Shown here: positions 46,001 to 55,292 of the stretch, piece by piece
Layout of the letters: each line of letters starts with the position of its first letter
Position numbering within the stretch: the first letter of the stretch is position 1
Source: an uncultured delta proteobacterium
GTDB lineage: Bacteria; Myxococcota; Myxococcia; Myxococcales; Anaeromyxobacteraceae
Reading direction: 5' to 3'
Assembly: GCA_963814585.1 (NCBI GenBank)
Contig: CAWFDF010000009.1
Span: 128,001 to 192,000, forward strand
DNA: 64,000 nt
Notes under the pieces: model-generated
What the model was told of the DNA's origin: nothing
Seen by the model: the letters and a program-made list of their open reading frames with translations, nothing else
The model's database searches: none
Made by a program: the position numbers and the translations under genes

Positions 46001-46161
46001 GGGGCGGCGCGGAGGCCGGCCGCCAGCAGCCCGATCCCCCCCAGGAGGGCGAGGAGCACCACGGCCAGGCCGATGCCCGCCCCCTCGGCGAGCGCCAGCC
46101 GGCGGGCCCGGCGGCGGGCCCGGGCCAGGAGCCCAGCGATATCGTCAGGATGACGGGTCAA
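43060..46161 (-). CDS. DUF4175-like membrane-anchored coiled-coil protein (start uncertain)
   Basis: N-terminal TMs; AEDDHG; long Q/E-rich coiled coil; [15 protein letters not shown] end. Confidence 0.8.
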   Translation of the reverse strand: MTRHPDDIAGLLARARRRARRLALAEGAGIGLAVVLLALLGGIGLLAAGLRAAPVRWLALAAGLAALVQATRLLWRARRGSAADEAVARLVAAADPALRSDLISSVELGRARPGLALSGAASLELLDAHLARTEAAARGLDLAAALPDRRARRAAWLAAGVAVLAVATLLVGGGTTWRHARRLVAGDPAGVAAPSLEPITGDIELAYRFPAHTRRPPQLLSGTGGEIRAPRGTEVVLRTRADRPVEAAELVLLKADGAAAGRVALAVGGGRDLAGSMVVDEGGSYRFRFATARGATVAEGPPIPLVVEPDAFPTVRLVAPEAELEVAPDALVHVEWSAEDDHGLAALTLVLRRPGGDEARRPLRALTGLRRDAGGFDLALAPERLGEGERLLYWLEVEDNDAVSGPKKGASATQAIKIYSEAEHRRAAMEKARAAWERLVGHLADRLELQDGGPVATPARLPLAAELDVKARAIHQALAATAAELRRDPVAPREVAQALANVAASLRTAEQRASAVRQGALRAVAASQPLAAVAGQVAWADGLLTAELEKDVLYLEQLFDKTRAGELVRLARELATRQRELRAVLERLRDAPGDAARQEALAQLSRLRARMQELQARMAETARGFNDQHLNAEAMAELMKQKDLSSPLDAIEQAIRRGDVAAAMKSLEQLSQQLDQLASGLERTAGRPDERQQALMQEMLAFKEQLEQVERQQQETAAQTERVRNEVRQRLGPRLEEARQGAPALEQLAREARQALDQARPGVPARGEADLDAAREALADLQRALALRDLDAAGEQVQRAAVPTQRLGATLEEDAALAERFPGSTGKTQGELRAAQQQVKEAAPRIARIRERLRKLTPDPQQAMTPGDRQRLSELAGKQQGLERQAGELQQKLAQLAEKAPIFPPQAQGLLGESRGHMGSAAAELRGRNPQRGRGEQEAALERLGQFKKGLEQAARHGQGGSGGFPFPFGETGGAGQREGEGYEPTPEKVAIPGAEAHRLPEEFRRDLLEAMKQGAPERYRGEVQRYYEELVK

Positions 46162-46171
46162 GCGGCTCCTG

Positions 46172-46290
46172 GAACTGCTCCGGGTCGGGCCATCGGACGG
46201 GCGGTCCAAACTACTCTGGGTCGGGAATCGAACTACTCCGGGTCGGGAATCGGGGCGGGGGGTTGAACTACTCTGGGTCAGGAGAAAACG
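46172..46290 (+). repeat. cluster of four AACT(A/G)CTC(T/C)GGGTC motif copies
   Basis: Copies start at 46173, 46209, 46231 and 46266 in a divergent promoter region. Confidence 0.85.
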
Positions 46291-46417
46291 GCGGCTCTAC
46301 GGGTAGATGGACATCGTAAGGCCTCGGCGGCGGCGGGGCCACCCTCCCTCCCGGAGGGGGTGTGGTAAGAGTGCGGTGCCGCTGTGAATTTCGGCCCCCC
46401 TTGCCCGTCTGGACCCA

Positions 46418-47029
46418 TTGGAAGTGGACGATCTCGCGCTGGTGGAAGCAGCCAGAGCCGGCGACGCCAGCGCCTTCGAGGCGCTGGTGGTCCGCTTCCA
46501 GAGGAAGGTCTACGCCGTGGCGCTCGGCATCGTGAAGGATCCGGACCAGGCCTGGGACGTCTCCCAGGAGGCCTTCGTGCGCGTCCACGGCCACCTCGCC
46601 GACTTCAAGGGCGAGTCGAGCTTCCAGACCTGGGTGCTGCGGATCGCCAGCCACCTCTCCATCGACTCGCTCCGGCGCGAGCGCAAGAACCGGCGGGAGC
46701 AGCTGGAGGACGTGCGCGAGGAGCTGCTCGGCGAGGCCGGCGAGGGCATCCTCTCGACGCCGCTCGGCACCGACCCGTCGGCCACCTTGCTGCGGCGGGA
46801 GCTGGCGGGCCACCTGCAGGCGGCGCTCGACGGGCTGCCGGAGATCCACCGGACCATCCTGGTGCTGCGCGAGGTGGAGGGGCTCTCCTACGAGGAGCTG
46901 GCGGAGCGGCTCGGGGTGCAGAAGGGCACGGTGATGAGCCGGCTCTTCCACGCCAGGAAGAAGATGCAGGCCGCGCTCGGGGAGTACGCCGGCGGGCCGG
47001 CGCGTGAGAAGCTGGAGGACGAGGGGTAG
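46418..47029 (+). CDS. ECF RNA polymerase sigma factor (RpoE-like)
   Basis: AWDVSQEAF, SFQTWVLRIA, EGLSYEELA..GTVMSRLFHAR. Confidence 0.92.
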   Translation: MEVDDLALVEAARAGDASAFEALVVRFQRKVYAVALGIVKDPDQAWDVSQEAFVRVHGHLADFKGESSFQTWVLRIASHLSIDSLRRERKNRREQLEDVREELLGEAGEGILSTPLGTDPSATLLRRELAGHLQAALDGLPEIHRTILVLREVEGLSYEELAERLGVQKGTVMSRLFHARKKMQAALGEYAGGPAREKLEDEG

Positions 47030-47044
47030 GTCCCTCGAGAGGCC

Positions 47045-47515
47045 ATGGCCGACTGCACCACCCACCGACCGATGATCGGCTCCCGCGAGGGGGAGCTCTC
47101 GCCCGCCGAGGCCGACGCGCTCACCGCGCACCTGGCCGGCTGCGAGGGCTGCCGCCGCTGGGCGGCCTCGCTGGCCGCCACCGAGGGGCTGGTCTCCGAG
47201 GCGCTGCTTGCCGCCGCGGCGCGCCGCGACTTCACCCCGTTCGCCGCGCAGGTGATGGCGCGCATCGAGCGGCGCCGACTCGGCCCGCTGGCCCGCCTGG
47301 CGCGGGCGGTCCGCCTCCACCCCTGGTTCGCGGCGGCCGGCACGCTGGCCCCGGTGGCCGCCGCCCTGCTGGTGGCGCTCTACCTGCAGCGCGGCGCCGG
47401 GAACGACCTGGCCGCCGCCTCCCTCGAGGTGGACTCCGAGGGAGGGGCCACCACCATCATCCAGTCGAGCGACGGGCCGCTGGTCCTCATCGACGACGAC
47501 GACGAGGAAACATGA
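47045..47515 (+). CDS. zf-HC2 anti-sigma factor
   Basis: HLAGCEGC, one TM helix, follows ECF sigma. Confidence 0.82.
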   Translation: MADCTTHRPMIGSREGELSPAEADALTAHLAGCEGCRRWAASLAATEGLVSEALLAAAARRDFTPFAAQVMARIERRRLGPLARLARAVRLHPWFAAAGTLAPVAAALLVALYLQRGAGNDLAAASLEVDSEGGATTIIQSSDGPLVLIDDDDEET

Positions 47516-47985
47516 TCCGCTTCGCCGCGGCCGCGCTGACGCTGCTCCTCGCCTCCCCGCTGGCCGCCGCCGCGGCCGACCCCGCGCCGGCCGCCGGCGC
47601 CACGGCCACCGCCCCCATCCCGGTCCGGGTGCGGGTCATCAAGGGCTCGCGCCAGGGCCCCGCGTCGCTCGACCCGAAGCTGGCGCCGCTCAAGCAGCAG
47701 CTCTCCAAGCTGGCTTACCAGCGCTGGGAGCAGGTGAGCGAGCGGAGCTTCGAGCTCGCCGTGGGGAAGACCGAGTTCGCCGACCTGCCCGGCGGCGAGC
47801 ACGTCGGGCTGACCGTGCAGGAGACCAGGGGGAAGTCCGTGACCATCGAGGTGGCGCTGGCGCAGCGCAACACGCAGTCGCGCCTCACCATCGAGCGGGG
47901 GCAGCGGATCCTCCACCAGGTGACCGGCGAGAAGAAGGGCGTGGCCTACTTCGTCACCGTGCAGGCCTGGCCCACCGGGCCGTAG
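47512..47985 (+). CDS. exported hypothetical protein
   Basis: Signal peptide; ATGA coupling; typical codon usage. Confidence 0.72.
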   Translation: MIRFAAAALTLLLASPLAAAAADPAPAAGATATAPIPVRVRVIKGSRQGPASLDPKLAPLKQQLSKLAYQRWEQVSERSFELAVGKTEFADLPGGEHVGLTVQETRGKSVTIEVALAQRNTQSRLTIERGQRILHQVTGEKKGVAYFVTVQAWPTGP

Positions 47986-48029
47986 CGCTCTCCCCGGCCC
48001 AGCCCACACCACCAGCACCCGGAGTCACC

Positions 48030-48539
48030 ATGAGCCCCGCGACGCTTCCCGCCACCCTCCTCCTCGCCACCTTGCTCGGCGCGCCGACGACCGCGCCGGC
48101 GCCCACCGCCCCCCCCGCGGCGACCCCGTCCGCCGAGCCGCCCACCTGCACCGGCACGCTCTCCGGCGCCGTGACGGCCAGCTTCACCTGCACGGTCACC
48201 GCCCGCATCGAGGGGACGGTGGCGACCGTGACCATCGCCGCGGACGGGCCGGTCGCCGGCCTGCGCGCCCTGAAGCCGGCCACGGTGTCGCTGCCCATGC
48301 CGGTGCCGCCCGGCACCTACGCCGGCGCGGCGCTCCGGAGCGCCAGCTCCAGCGTGGAGACCGCCTCGGGCGCCAGCTTCGCCGCCGGCGCCGGGAAGGG
48401 CGCGGTGACGCTCGACGTGGTCCAGGCCGAGCGCTACCGGCAGGCTCCCAACAACCTGGTGATGAGCGGCTCGCTCCAGGCCCGGCTGGTCCCGCCCCAG
48501 GGTGGCCAGGGCGAGGTGCTCGTCGAGGTGCGCTTCTGA
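48030..48539 (+). CDS. exported beta-rich hypothetical protein
   Basis: GGAG RBS; signal peptide; Cys pair. Confidence 0.68.
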   Translation: MSPATLPATLLLATLLGAPTTAPAPTAPPAATPSAEPPTCTGTLSGAVTASFTCTVTARIEGTVATVTIAADGPVAGLRALKPATVSLPMPVPPGTYAGAALRSASSSVETASGASFAAGAGKGAVTLDVVQAERYRQAPNNLVMSGSLQARLVPPQGGQGEVLVEVRF

Positions 48540-48561
48540 TGTGGTTTGACCCGTCAAGCAA

Positions 48562-48600
48562 AGAGCTGGCCCTTCACGGGGCCGGCTCTCTTCTCTTCTT
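48562..48600 (+). terminator. intrinsic terminator
   Basis: AGAGCTGGCCC-TTCACG-GGGCCGGCTCT then CTTCTCTTCTT. Confidence 0.65.
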
Positions 48601-48650
48601 CGGGGGACCAGGTCGGCGGGCGACTTCGAGGTAGGGAGCGACGGCGGAGG

Positions 48651-49301
48651 CTAGGGCAGCAGGGTGTAGAGCAGCCGGTAGCGCCGGCCCCCGACCGTCC
48701 CCGGCGCCTCCACCACCCGGCCGCGCAGCCTCGCCTGGGCGCAGGCCAGCAGCCCGTCACTGGCCTGCCCGCGCGCCTCCACCGGCGCGTCGACGATGCG
48801 GATGGAGCCGTTCGTGGTCTCCAGCTGGAGCACCAGCACGGTGACGCCGACGTCGTCCTGGGGCTGGGCGTCCTGCACCGCCGTGACCGACGAGGTGCCG
48901 TGGCGCGCCTGGGCGTCCTCCTCGAAGCAGGCGCTCAGGTCCGGGTGCAGCTCGTTGAGCTCCTGTCCCAGGGCCACGCCCACCTTCCCGAGCGACGCGG
49001 CGCGCGGCGAGATGGCGACCGCCTCCCAGGAGCCCCTGGGTGGGGGCGCGGGCCCCGGGTCCACGTCGAAGCTCGACGGCATCCCCACGCCGGCCAGGCC
49101 GGCCGGAGGGAGGTTGGAGGGAGGCCCGGCCGCGGCCAGGTCCTGTGGCGTCAGCGGCCCGGCGGGCCTGGCCGCGTCGGGGGAGGGGGCCCTGCGAGCC
49201 GACGCTGGCTCGCTGGTGAGCCTGTCCACCAGGAGGAGGCCGGCCACCAGGAAGAGGGCGACGGCCGCGGCCCCCGCGGCGACCAGGCGTCCGGTGGTCA
49301 C
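48651..49301 (-). CDS. membrane-anchored hypothetical protein with C-terminal Cys-paired (TonB-C/AgmX-like) domain
   Basis: N-terminal TM; LSACF...LACAQ; GTGA coupling to the upstream gene. Confidence 0.55.
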   Translation of the reverse strand: MTTGRLVAAGAAAVALFLVAGLLLVDRLTSEPASARRAPSPDAARPAGPLTPQDLAAAGPPSNLPPAGLAGVGMPSSFDVDPGPAPPPRGSWEAVAISPRAASLGKVGVALGQELNELHPDLSACFEEDAQARHGTSSVTAVQDAQPQDDVGVTVLVLQLETTNGSIRIVDAPVEARGQASDGLLACAQARLRGRVVEAPGTVGGRRYRLLYTLLP

Positions 49302-50035
49302 CTCACCTCCTTCTCGTGCTCCCCGCCGCTCCCGGGCTCCGGGCGCTTCTCCTTCTCGTGCTCCCCGCCGCTCCCGGGCTCCAGGCGCTCCTCCTGCTCG
49401 TCCTCCTTCACACCCTGGACCGCCGGTGACTTCGCGGGCGGTCCCAGCGCCCGGTCGGCCTCGAGCCAGGCGGCCTCGAGCGCGCGGTTGGCCTCGGCCA
49501 GTGGCCGCACCGCCCCCTGCGCCTTGTCCACGCACTCGCGGAGCTGGCCGCGCGCGGCCGCCAGGATGCCCTGATCGGCGCCGGCCGGGGCCCGCAGCGC
49601 CGACTCGAAGGTGAGCGCCTGGTACCCGCAGCCACGGGTCGGATCGACCGGCCAGGGGCGGGCGACCACCTGGTAGTCCCACTGCCAGGCACCCAGCAGC
49701 CTCTGGCGCAGCCTGGTGAAGGCGTCGCCGCCACCGGGGCCGGCCCTGGCGGCGGCCTCCTCCAGCCGCTCCAGGTACCGGTTGGACCGCACCCTCGCCT
49801 GCAGGGTCCCGGCCCGGGCCCGCTCCACGACGATGGCCTCGGTGGCGGCGCGGGCGGATCTCCAGAGCGCCACGTCGGCGGCCGATCCGGGCGGCGGCGG
49901 GTACTCGCCGGCCGACCCGTCCTCGACGGCCGGCGCGCTGGCCTTCGGAGGCGGCTCGCCGCCGCTGGCCACCGCTCCGGAGGGCGGCGCCAGGGCGGCG
50001 AGCGCGACGAGCAGGGCCGTGGTCGAGCGGATCAT
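49298..50035 (-). CDS. exported helical hypothetical protein with duplicated EPGSGGEHEKE tail
   Basis: Signal peptide; 42-bp-period duplication at 49307-49382. Confidence 0.62.
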   Translation of the reverse strand: MIRSTTALLVALAALAPPSGAVASGGEPPPKASAPAVEDGSAGEYPPPPGSAADVALWRSARAATEAIVVERARAGTLQARVRSNRYLERLEEAAARAGPGGGDAFTRLRQRLLGAWQWDYQVVARPWPVDPTRGCGYQALTFESALRAPAGADQGILAAARGQLRECVDKAQGAVRPLAEANRALEAAWLEADRALGPPAKSPAVQGVKEDEQEERLEPGSGGEHEKEKRPEPGSGGEHEKEVR

Positions 50036-50077
50036 GGCGTACAGCCTACCTCTCCCGATCCGCCCGCCGGACGTCCC

Positions 50078-53042
50078 TTACGGAACCACCAGGCTGGTGC
50101 GCATCATCTCCGAGTCCTCGTGGGAGTTGATGTGGCAGTGCCACACGTACGGCCCGCTGGTGATGCTCTCGTAGATCCAGGGCGGCCCGCCGCAGCTCCC
50201 GGCCTGGCAGAGGGCCAGGTCCACCGGCCCGCCCGGAGTGCCCGGGGCGTTGGCGGTCCCGGCCGGGAAGGGAGGCTGGCCGTCGTTGAAGCCGGCGTCC
50301 CACCGGGCGATGAGGGTGGTCACCTGGCCCGGCAGGGCGACCGAGGCGTCCTTCCAGCCGCCGTCGAAGCCGAGCGTCGGGTTGGGGATCGGCGCGTTGG
50401 TGAGGAACGGGGTGACGTCCGGCACCACCTGCATCTCCAGCCCGGGCGCCGTGCCCGGCTGGCAGGTGGTCGAGCCGCAGAGCGCCCGCTTGTAGCTCGC
50501 CGACGTTGAACGTCTGGGTCTGCACGACCTGGTGCTTCACCAGGTGCGGGTGCATGGGGTGGGCGTCCACGGTCAGGTTGATGATCCGCCAGATCTCGAT
50601 GGAGCCCTTCCTGGGCGTCTCGGTGACCTTGTACTCGAAGGGCACGCCGTTGATCTGCATGCCCAGCGGCGTGAGGGTGGTCCCGTCCACCTTCTCGTTC
50701 AGGTACATCTGCCGGACCGCCGAGACGCACAGGGCGCCCGGGGGCGAGTTCGGCGCGCACATGGGCAGGGCCTTGAAGTCGACGAAGGCCGCGTCCGGCG
50801 TCACCGGGATGGTGACGCAGCCCTTGGTGGCGGGGACGGTCGGCCAGGTGAGGCCGACGTTGCCGCAGCTGGGGACGCCCAGGTTGAGGCCAGGAGCCAG
50901 GACGTCGAACTTCATCACCACGTTCAACTCGGCGAACGGGCTGCCGGCCACGAACGGGGTGATGCCGGCCGGGAACGGCGCGGCGGCGGAGTTGGTCATG
51001 AAGACGGCGCGCATGGTGCCCGCGGGCGGGGCCTTGCCGGGCAGGACGCCGAAGTTGACCAGCAGCTCGTAGCGCTCGCCCGGGCACATGGTGAGCGTCT
51101 TCTGGTTCTGGAGCGGCACCTGGAGGTATCCCTGGTCGTTGGCCAGGACGGTGAAGGTCACGTTGTTGTTCGGCTTGACGCCCGGCGCCGGCAGGGTGGT
51201 GCTGAGGCCCAGCGTCCAGCAGCGGGAGTCCGAGCCGTTGACGAGCCGGACCCGGTGCCAGCCGGGCTCCACGGTCTTCTTGGGCCAGAGGACGCCGTTC
51301 ACCAGCGCGTGGTCACCGAAGTACTCCGGCACCCAGGTCGGGTGGACCTGCGGGTTGACGCCGTTGGTGACCGGCGTGGCGCCCGGCGGGGCCAGGAGGG
51401 GGACCGGGTTGCCCATGCCGTTGGCGAAGTTGATGGAGCCGTCGTCGTTGAAGGCCCGATCCTGGAGCGCCAGGAAGAGGTCGTACTTGGGAATGCCCAG
51501 CGCGTCGCGGGGCTCGGTGAGCGGATCGAGCCAGGTGTAGTCGCAGGACCCGGCAGGCCCCTGGCAGACGCCACCGATCACGGGGAAGTGCTTGGCGGGA
51601 TCGACCACCGGGAAGAAGCCGGCCGGCCCGGCGATGACGTTGTGGTGCGTCTTGCCGAGGGTGTGGTCGTGGAACCAGATGGTCGCCTCGTCCTGCGAGG
51701 TCATCGGGTAGGTGTAGGTGTCGTTCATCCAGCTCTGCGCCAGCTCGTTCCCGGCCGCCGGGTTGCCGCCCGGGCGGAAGAGGGGGCCGATGTGCGGCCC
51801 CTCGAAGGCCGGGCTGAGGAACCACGGGCTCTGGCTGTAGTAGCCGCCGGTGCGGGCGTTGCCGAACCACTTCTCGGCGAAGCCGTCGGTGGAGGGCGGG
51901 ATCTCACCGCCGTGCAGGTGGGTGACCCAGGAGTTGTCGGGCTGCTGCGGGCTGCCGAAGCGGTTGACGCCCTCGGGCGAGAGCGGGTTCGGCTGCCTGA
52001 ACCCGGGCGGCTCGGTGGCCGGGTCGATGCGGGCCTTCACGCCCATGAAGGTGCGGTCGATGGCGCAGGGCCAGTCGGCGGCCTCGGGGTGCGGGCAGAA
52101 GAGGTGGTTGTTGGGGAACTCGTTGACCCAGCGGACCACCACCGGGCGGCCCTTGGTGGCGCGGATGCTGATCGACGGCCAGGTGGCCAGGTAGTTGTTG
52201 GGCGACCACTCGGTCGCGGGGCCCGCCGGCACGCCGACGAGCTGGGACAGGCCGAGGTTGTTCTTCTGGCCGACGCCCCAGATCGGCGTGTAGAGCGGCG
52301 CGCCGGCGGGGATCAGGCGAGGATTGCCGGGCACCGAGCAGTAGGCCGCCTCGAAGGCCGGATCCAGCTCGGCCGGGCAGGTGCAGCCCGCCGCGACGTT
52401 GCAGATGAGGCCGGTCCACTGCATGCCGTTGGGCACGTCGGGGTAGGCGGTGCCCTTCTGGAGGTTGTACTTGCGCACGTCCGGGAAGAGCCCGGTGCCG
52501 ACCACCGTGCCCGTGGCCGAGGCGAGCGCCTGGAACCCCCAGGCCTCGTGCACGCCGATCTCGTAGTAGTCGGCGCCGGGGAACTTGGTGGTGTCCGGCG
52601 TGTAGTCGGGCGGGTTGAGCACCTCCCACTGGAACCTGGGGGTGGCCGGCGCGCCGGCCAGCGGCACGGAGGCGGCGATGATGGGGTTGAGCACCCGGAA
52701 GGGAACCGTGGGGCCGCAGCTGCGCCAGCCGCCGGCCGACTGGTTGGGGAGTCCGCTGGCTCCCGGCTCGCAGGCGAACGACTGGGCGTTGGTCGCGGCG
52801 TCGCAGGCCGGCACGCCCCACCCGAACGCCACGGGCGACTGGGCATTGGCGGGATCGACCACGCACTGCCCCGGGTACGGGTAGTTGGTCTGCTGCGCGG
52901 CCCCGGTCGGGCCGAACTGGTTCTGCGGCGGGAACGGCAGCTGCGCCAGCGCAGGCGCCGCGGCCAGCAGCAGGCCGGCGGCGAACGCCACCAGGCGCCA
53001 GCCACTGCGCGCACTCGACTTCGACTCACCGTGAACGGCCAT
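50078..53042 (-). CDS. large exported multicopper oxidase (CotA/bilirubin-oxidase-like), apparent +1 frameshift near 50500
   Basis: HLHGG, WFHDH, HPMHPHL and, in the next frame, WHCHINSHEDSEM: all four Cu motifs present. Confidence 0.9.
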
Positions 53043-53536
53043 GTGGGCTCCCCTTCGTCGCCTCGGCACTCACGTGTCCCGTTCCCGGCCCCTCCGGAGA
53101 AGCTGCACGTTGCGTCCGCGACCGGGAAACGGTGCGACACGTTGGCGAAGGCTTGTAGACACCCAAATGGGACTTCTTTTCCCGATCTGTCCCACCTGCG
53201 CGGTGGATGTAAGTCTGAGTCTCATCTCCTCAGGCGGTCGCGCACCATGACCTCGGGACAGCCGGTCTCCTCGGTTCTGGCTAGATTCTCTCCTGGCCGA
53301 GGAGATCACGTGCAGGGACCGACGCAGCGTCGCACCTCGGACCGAGACGAGGTCCCATTGCGAAGAGGACGTTTCCGCCCCAACGGAGGCGACCCACTTC
53401 GGCATCGTCCCGGAATTGTTGGCGGACCCCGTACGCCGGACACGGACTGTCAGTTTCATGAGACCGCGATCGCCTTCCTTGGCTTCGCCGGCCACCCGGC
53501 TATCCTGAGGCCTCGGTGACACCCGGGAGCGACCCC

Positions 53537-55289
53537 ATGAGCGAAGGCCAGCACACCCCCGGCGGCGGGCACGAGGCGATGCCCGAGGGCGAGGAGCAGG
53601 CGCCGCCCGGCACCCGGACCATGTCGATGGTGCGCTGGGGGCTGGTGGCGCTGATGGCGGCCGCCGCGGTGGGGACGTGGACCTACCACGTGTCGACGCG
53701 ATCGTCGGCGGGCTCGGGGCAGGGCCAGAAGTTCGTCTGCCCGATGCACCCGCAGATCGTCACCGGGCACAAGGGCGAGTGCCCGATCTGCGGCATGGAC
53801 CTGGTGCCGGCCGGCACCTCGGCCACGCCCGCGCGCCGGCCCCGCCGCCACCCCGGGCGCCATGCCCACCGGCGGCGAGCACGCCGGCCACGGCCACGCC
53901 GCCACCGCCGCCGCGCCCGAGTTCACCTGCCCCATGCACCCGGAGGTGATCACCACCGACCCTGCGCTCCGCTGCCCGCAGTGCAAGATGAAGCTGGTGC
54001 CGCGCCAGCCCCCCGCCGCCGCGCCCGCAGTCCCCGAGTTCACCTGCCCCATGCACCCGGAGGTGATCACCACCGACCCGGCGCTGCGCTGCCCGCAGTG
54101 CAAGATGAAGCTGGTGCCGCGCCAGCCCCCCGCCGCCGCGCCCGCGGTCCCCGAGTACACCTGCCCCATGCACCCGGAGGTGATCACCACCGACCCCGCG
54201 CTCCGCTGCCCGCAGTGCAAGATGAAGCTGGTGCCGCGCCAGCCCCCCGCCGCCGCGCCGCCCGCCGCCGCCGCCGGCGTCCCCGGGCTGGTGCCGGTGG
54301 AGCTCAGCGCCGACCGGATCCAGCTGATGGGGCTGCGGACCTCGCTGGCCACCCGGGAGGCGCTCGCCACCTCGCTGCGCGCCGCCGGCTTCGTCGCCCC
54401 CAACGAGGCCGGGCTCACCAGCGTCAACATCCGCTACACCGGCTGGGTGGAGAGCCAGCAGGTGGCGCAGACCGGACAGCTGGTGCAGAAGGGCGAGGTC
54501 CTCATCACCGTCTACAGCCCGGACCTGGTCACCTCGCAGACCGTCTTCCTCAACACCATCAAGTGGTCGGACAAGCGGGGCAACGTGCCCGGGGCGCCGG
54601 CGGCCGGCCCGGACCTGGAGCGGGACGCCCGGCAGCGGCTCGAGCTGCTGGGGGTCGCCCCCCAGGACATCGACGCCATCGCCGCCTCCGGCCAGCCCAT
54701 CAAGGCGATGCCGGTGCGGGCCCCGGCGCGCGGCTACGTGGCCCGCAAGGCGGTGGTGAAGGGGCTCTACGTGCAGTCCGGCACCGAGCTGTTCCAGCTG
54801 GCCGACCTCTCCAGCGTCTGGGTGCTGATCGACGTCTCCGAGGGCGACCTGTCGCGGGTGCGGCTGGGGCAGCAGGCCACCTTCGAGACCTCCTCGGCGC
54901 CCGGCCAGCGCTACACCGGCAAGGTCCAGTTCATCTACCCGGCCCTCAACACCGGCAGCCGCACGCTGCAGGCCCGCGTCGAGCTGGCCAACCCGCGCCT
55001 GGAGCTGCGCCCGGGCATGTTCGGCGACGTCACGCTGGAGACCGGCGCCGCCGAGGCGGTGGTGATCCCGGCCGACGCCCTGGTGGACACCGGCGAGCAC
55101 CGCTACGTCTTCGTGGATCGCGGGGCCGGGCGCTTCGAGCCGCGGGCGGTCAGCACCGGCGCCAGCGGCGGCGGCAAGGTGGCCATCCTGGAGGGGCTGG
55201 CCGACGGCGAGCGGGTGGTGACGCGGGCCAGCTTCCTGCTCGACTCGGAGAGCCGGCTGCGGGCCGCCGTGGAAGGGCACGGGAAGTAG
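53537..55289 (+). CDS. cusB: CusB-like RND periplasmic adaptor with four heavy-metal-binding domains, apparent +1 frameshift near 53834
   Basis: CPMHP..CP.C.M.LVP x4; YSPDL; LRPGMF; FLLDSESRL. Confidence 0.85.
53916..54263 (+). repeat. 117-bp intragenic tandem repeat x3 (metal-binding domain)
   Basis: Near-identical units starting at 53916, 54033 and 54150. Confidence 0.92.
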
Positions 55290-55292
55290 CCC

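Noticed and set aside
48540..48560. TTGACCCGTCAA palindrome as att site or island boundary
   Set aside because: No integrase, tRNA remnant or second copy of the full 12-mer seen
53060..53150. c-di-GMP-I (GEMM) riboswitch before the multicopper oxidase
   Set aside because: GGACGCAA and TGCCGA words are present on the minus strand, but the GGCAAA/GNRA P2 stem is missing; needs an Rfam scan
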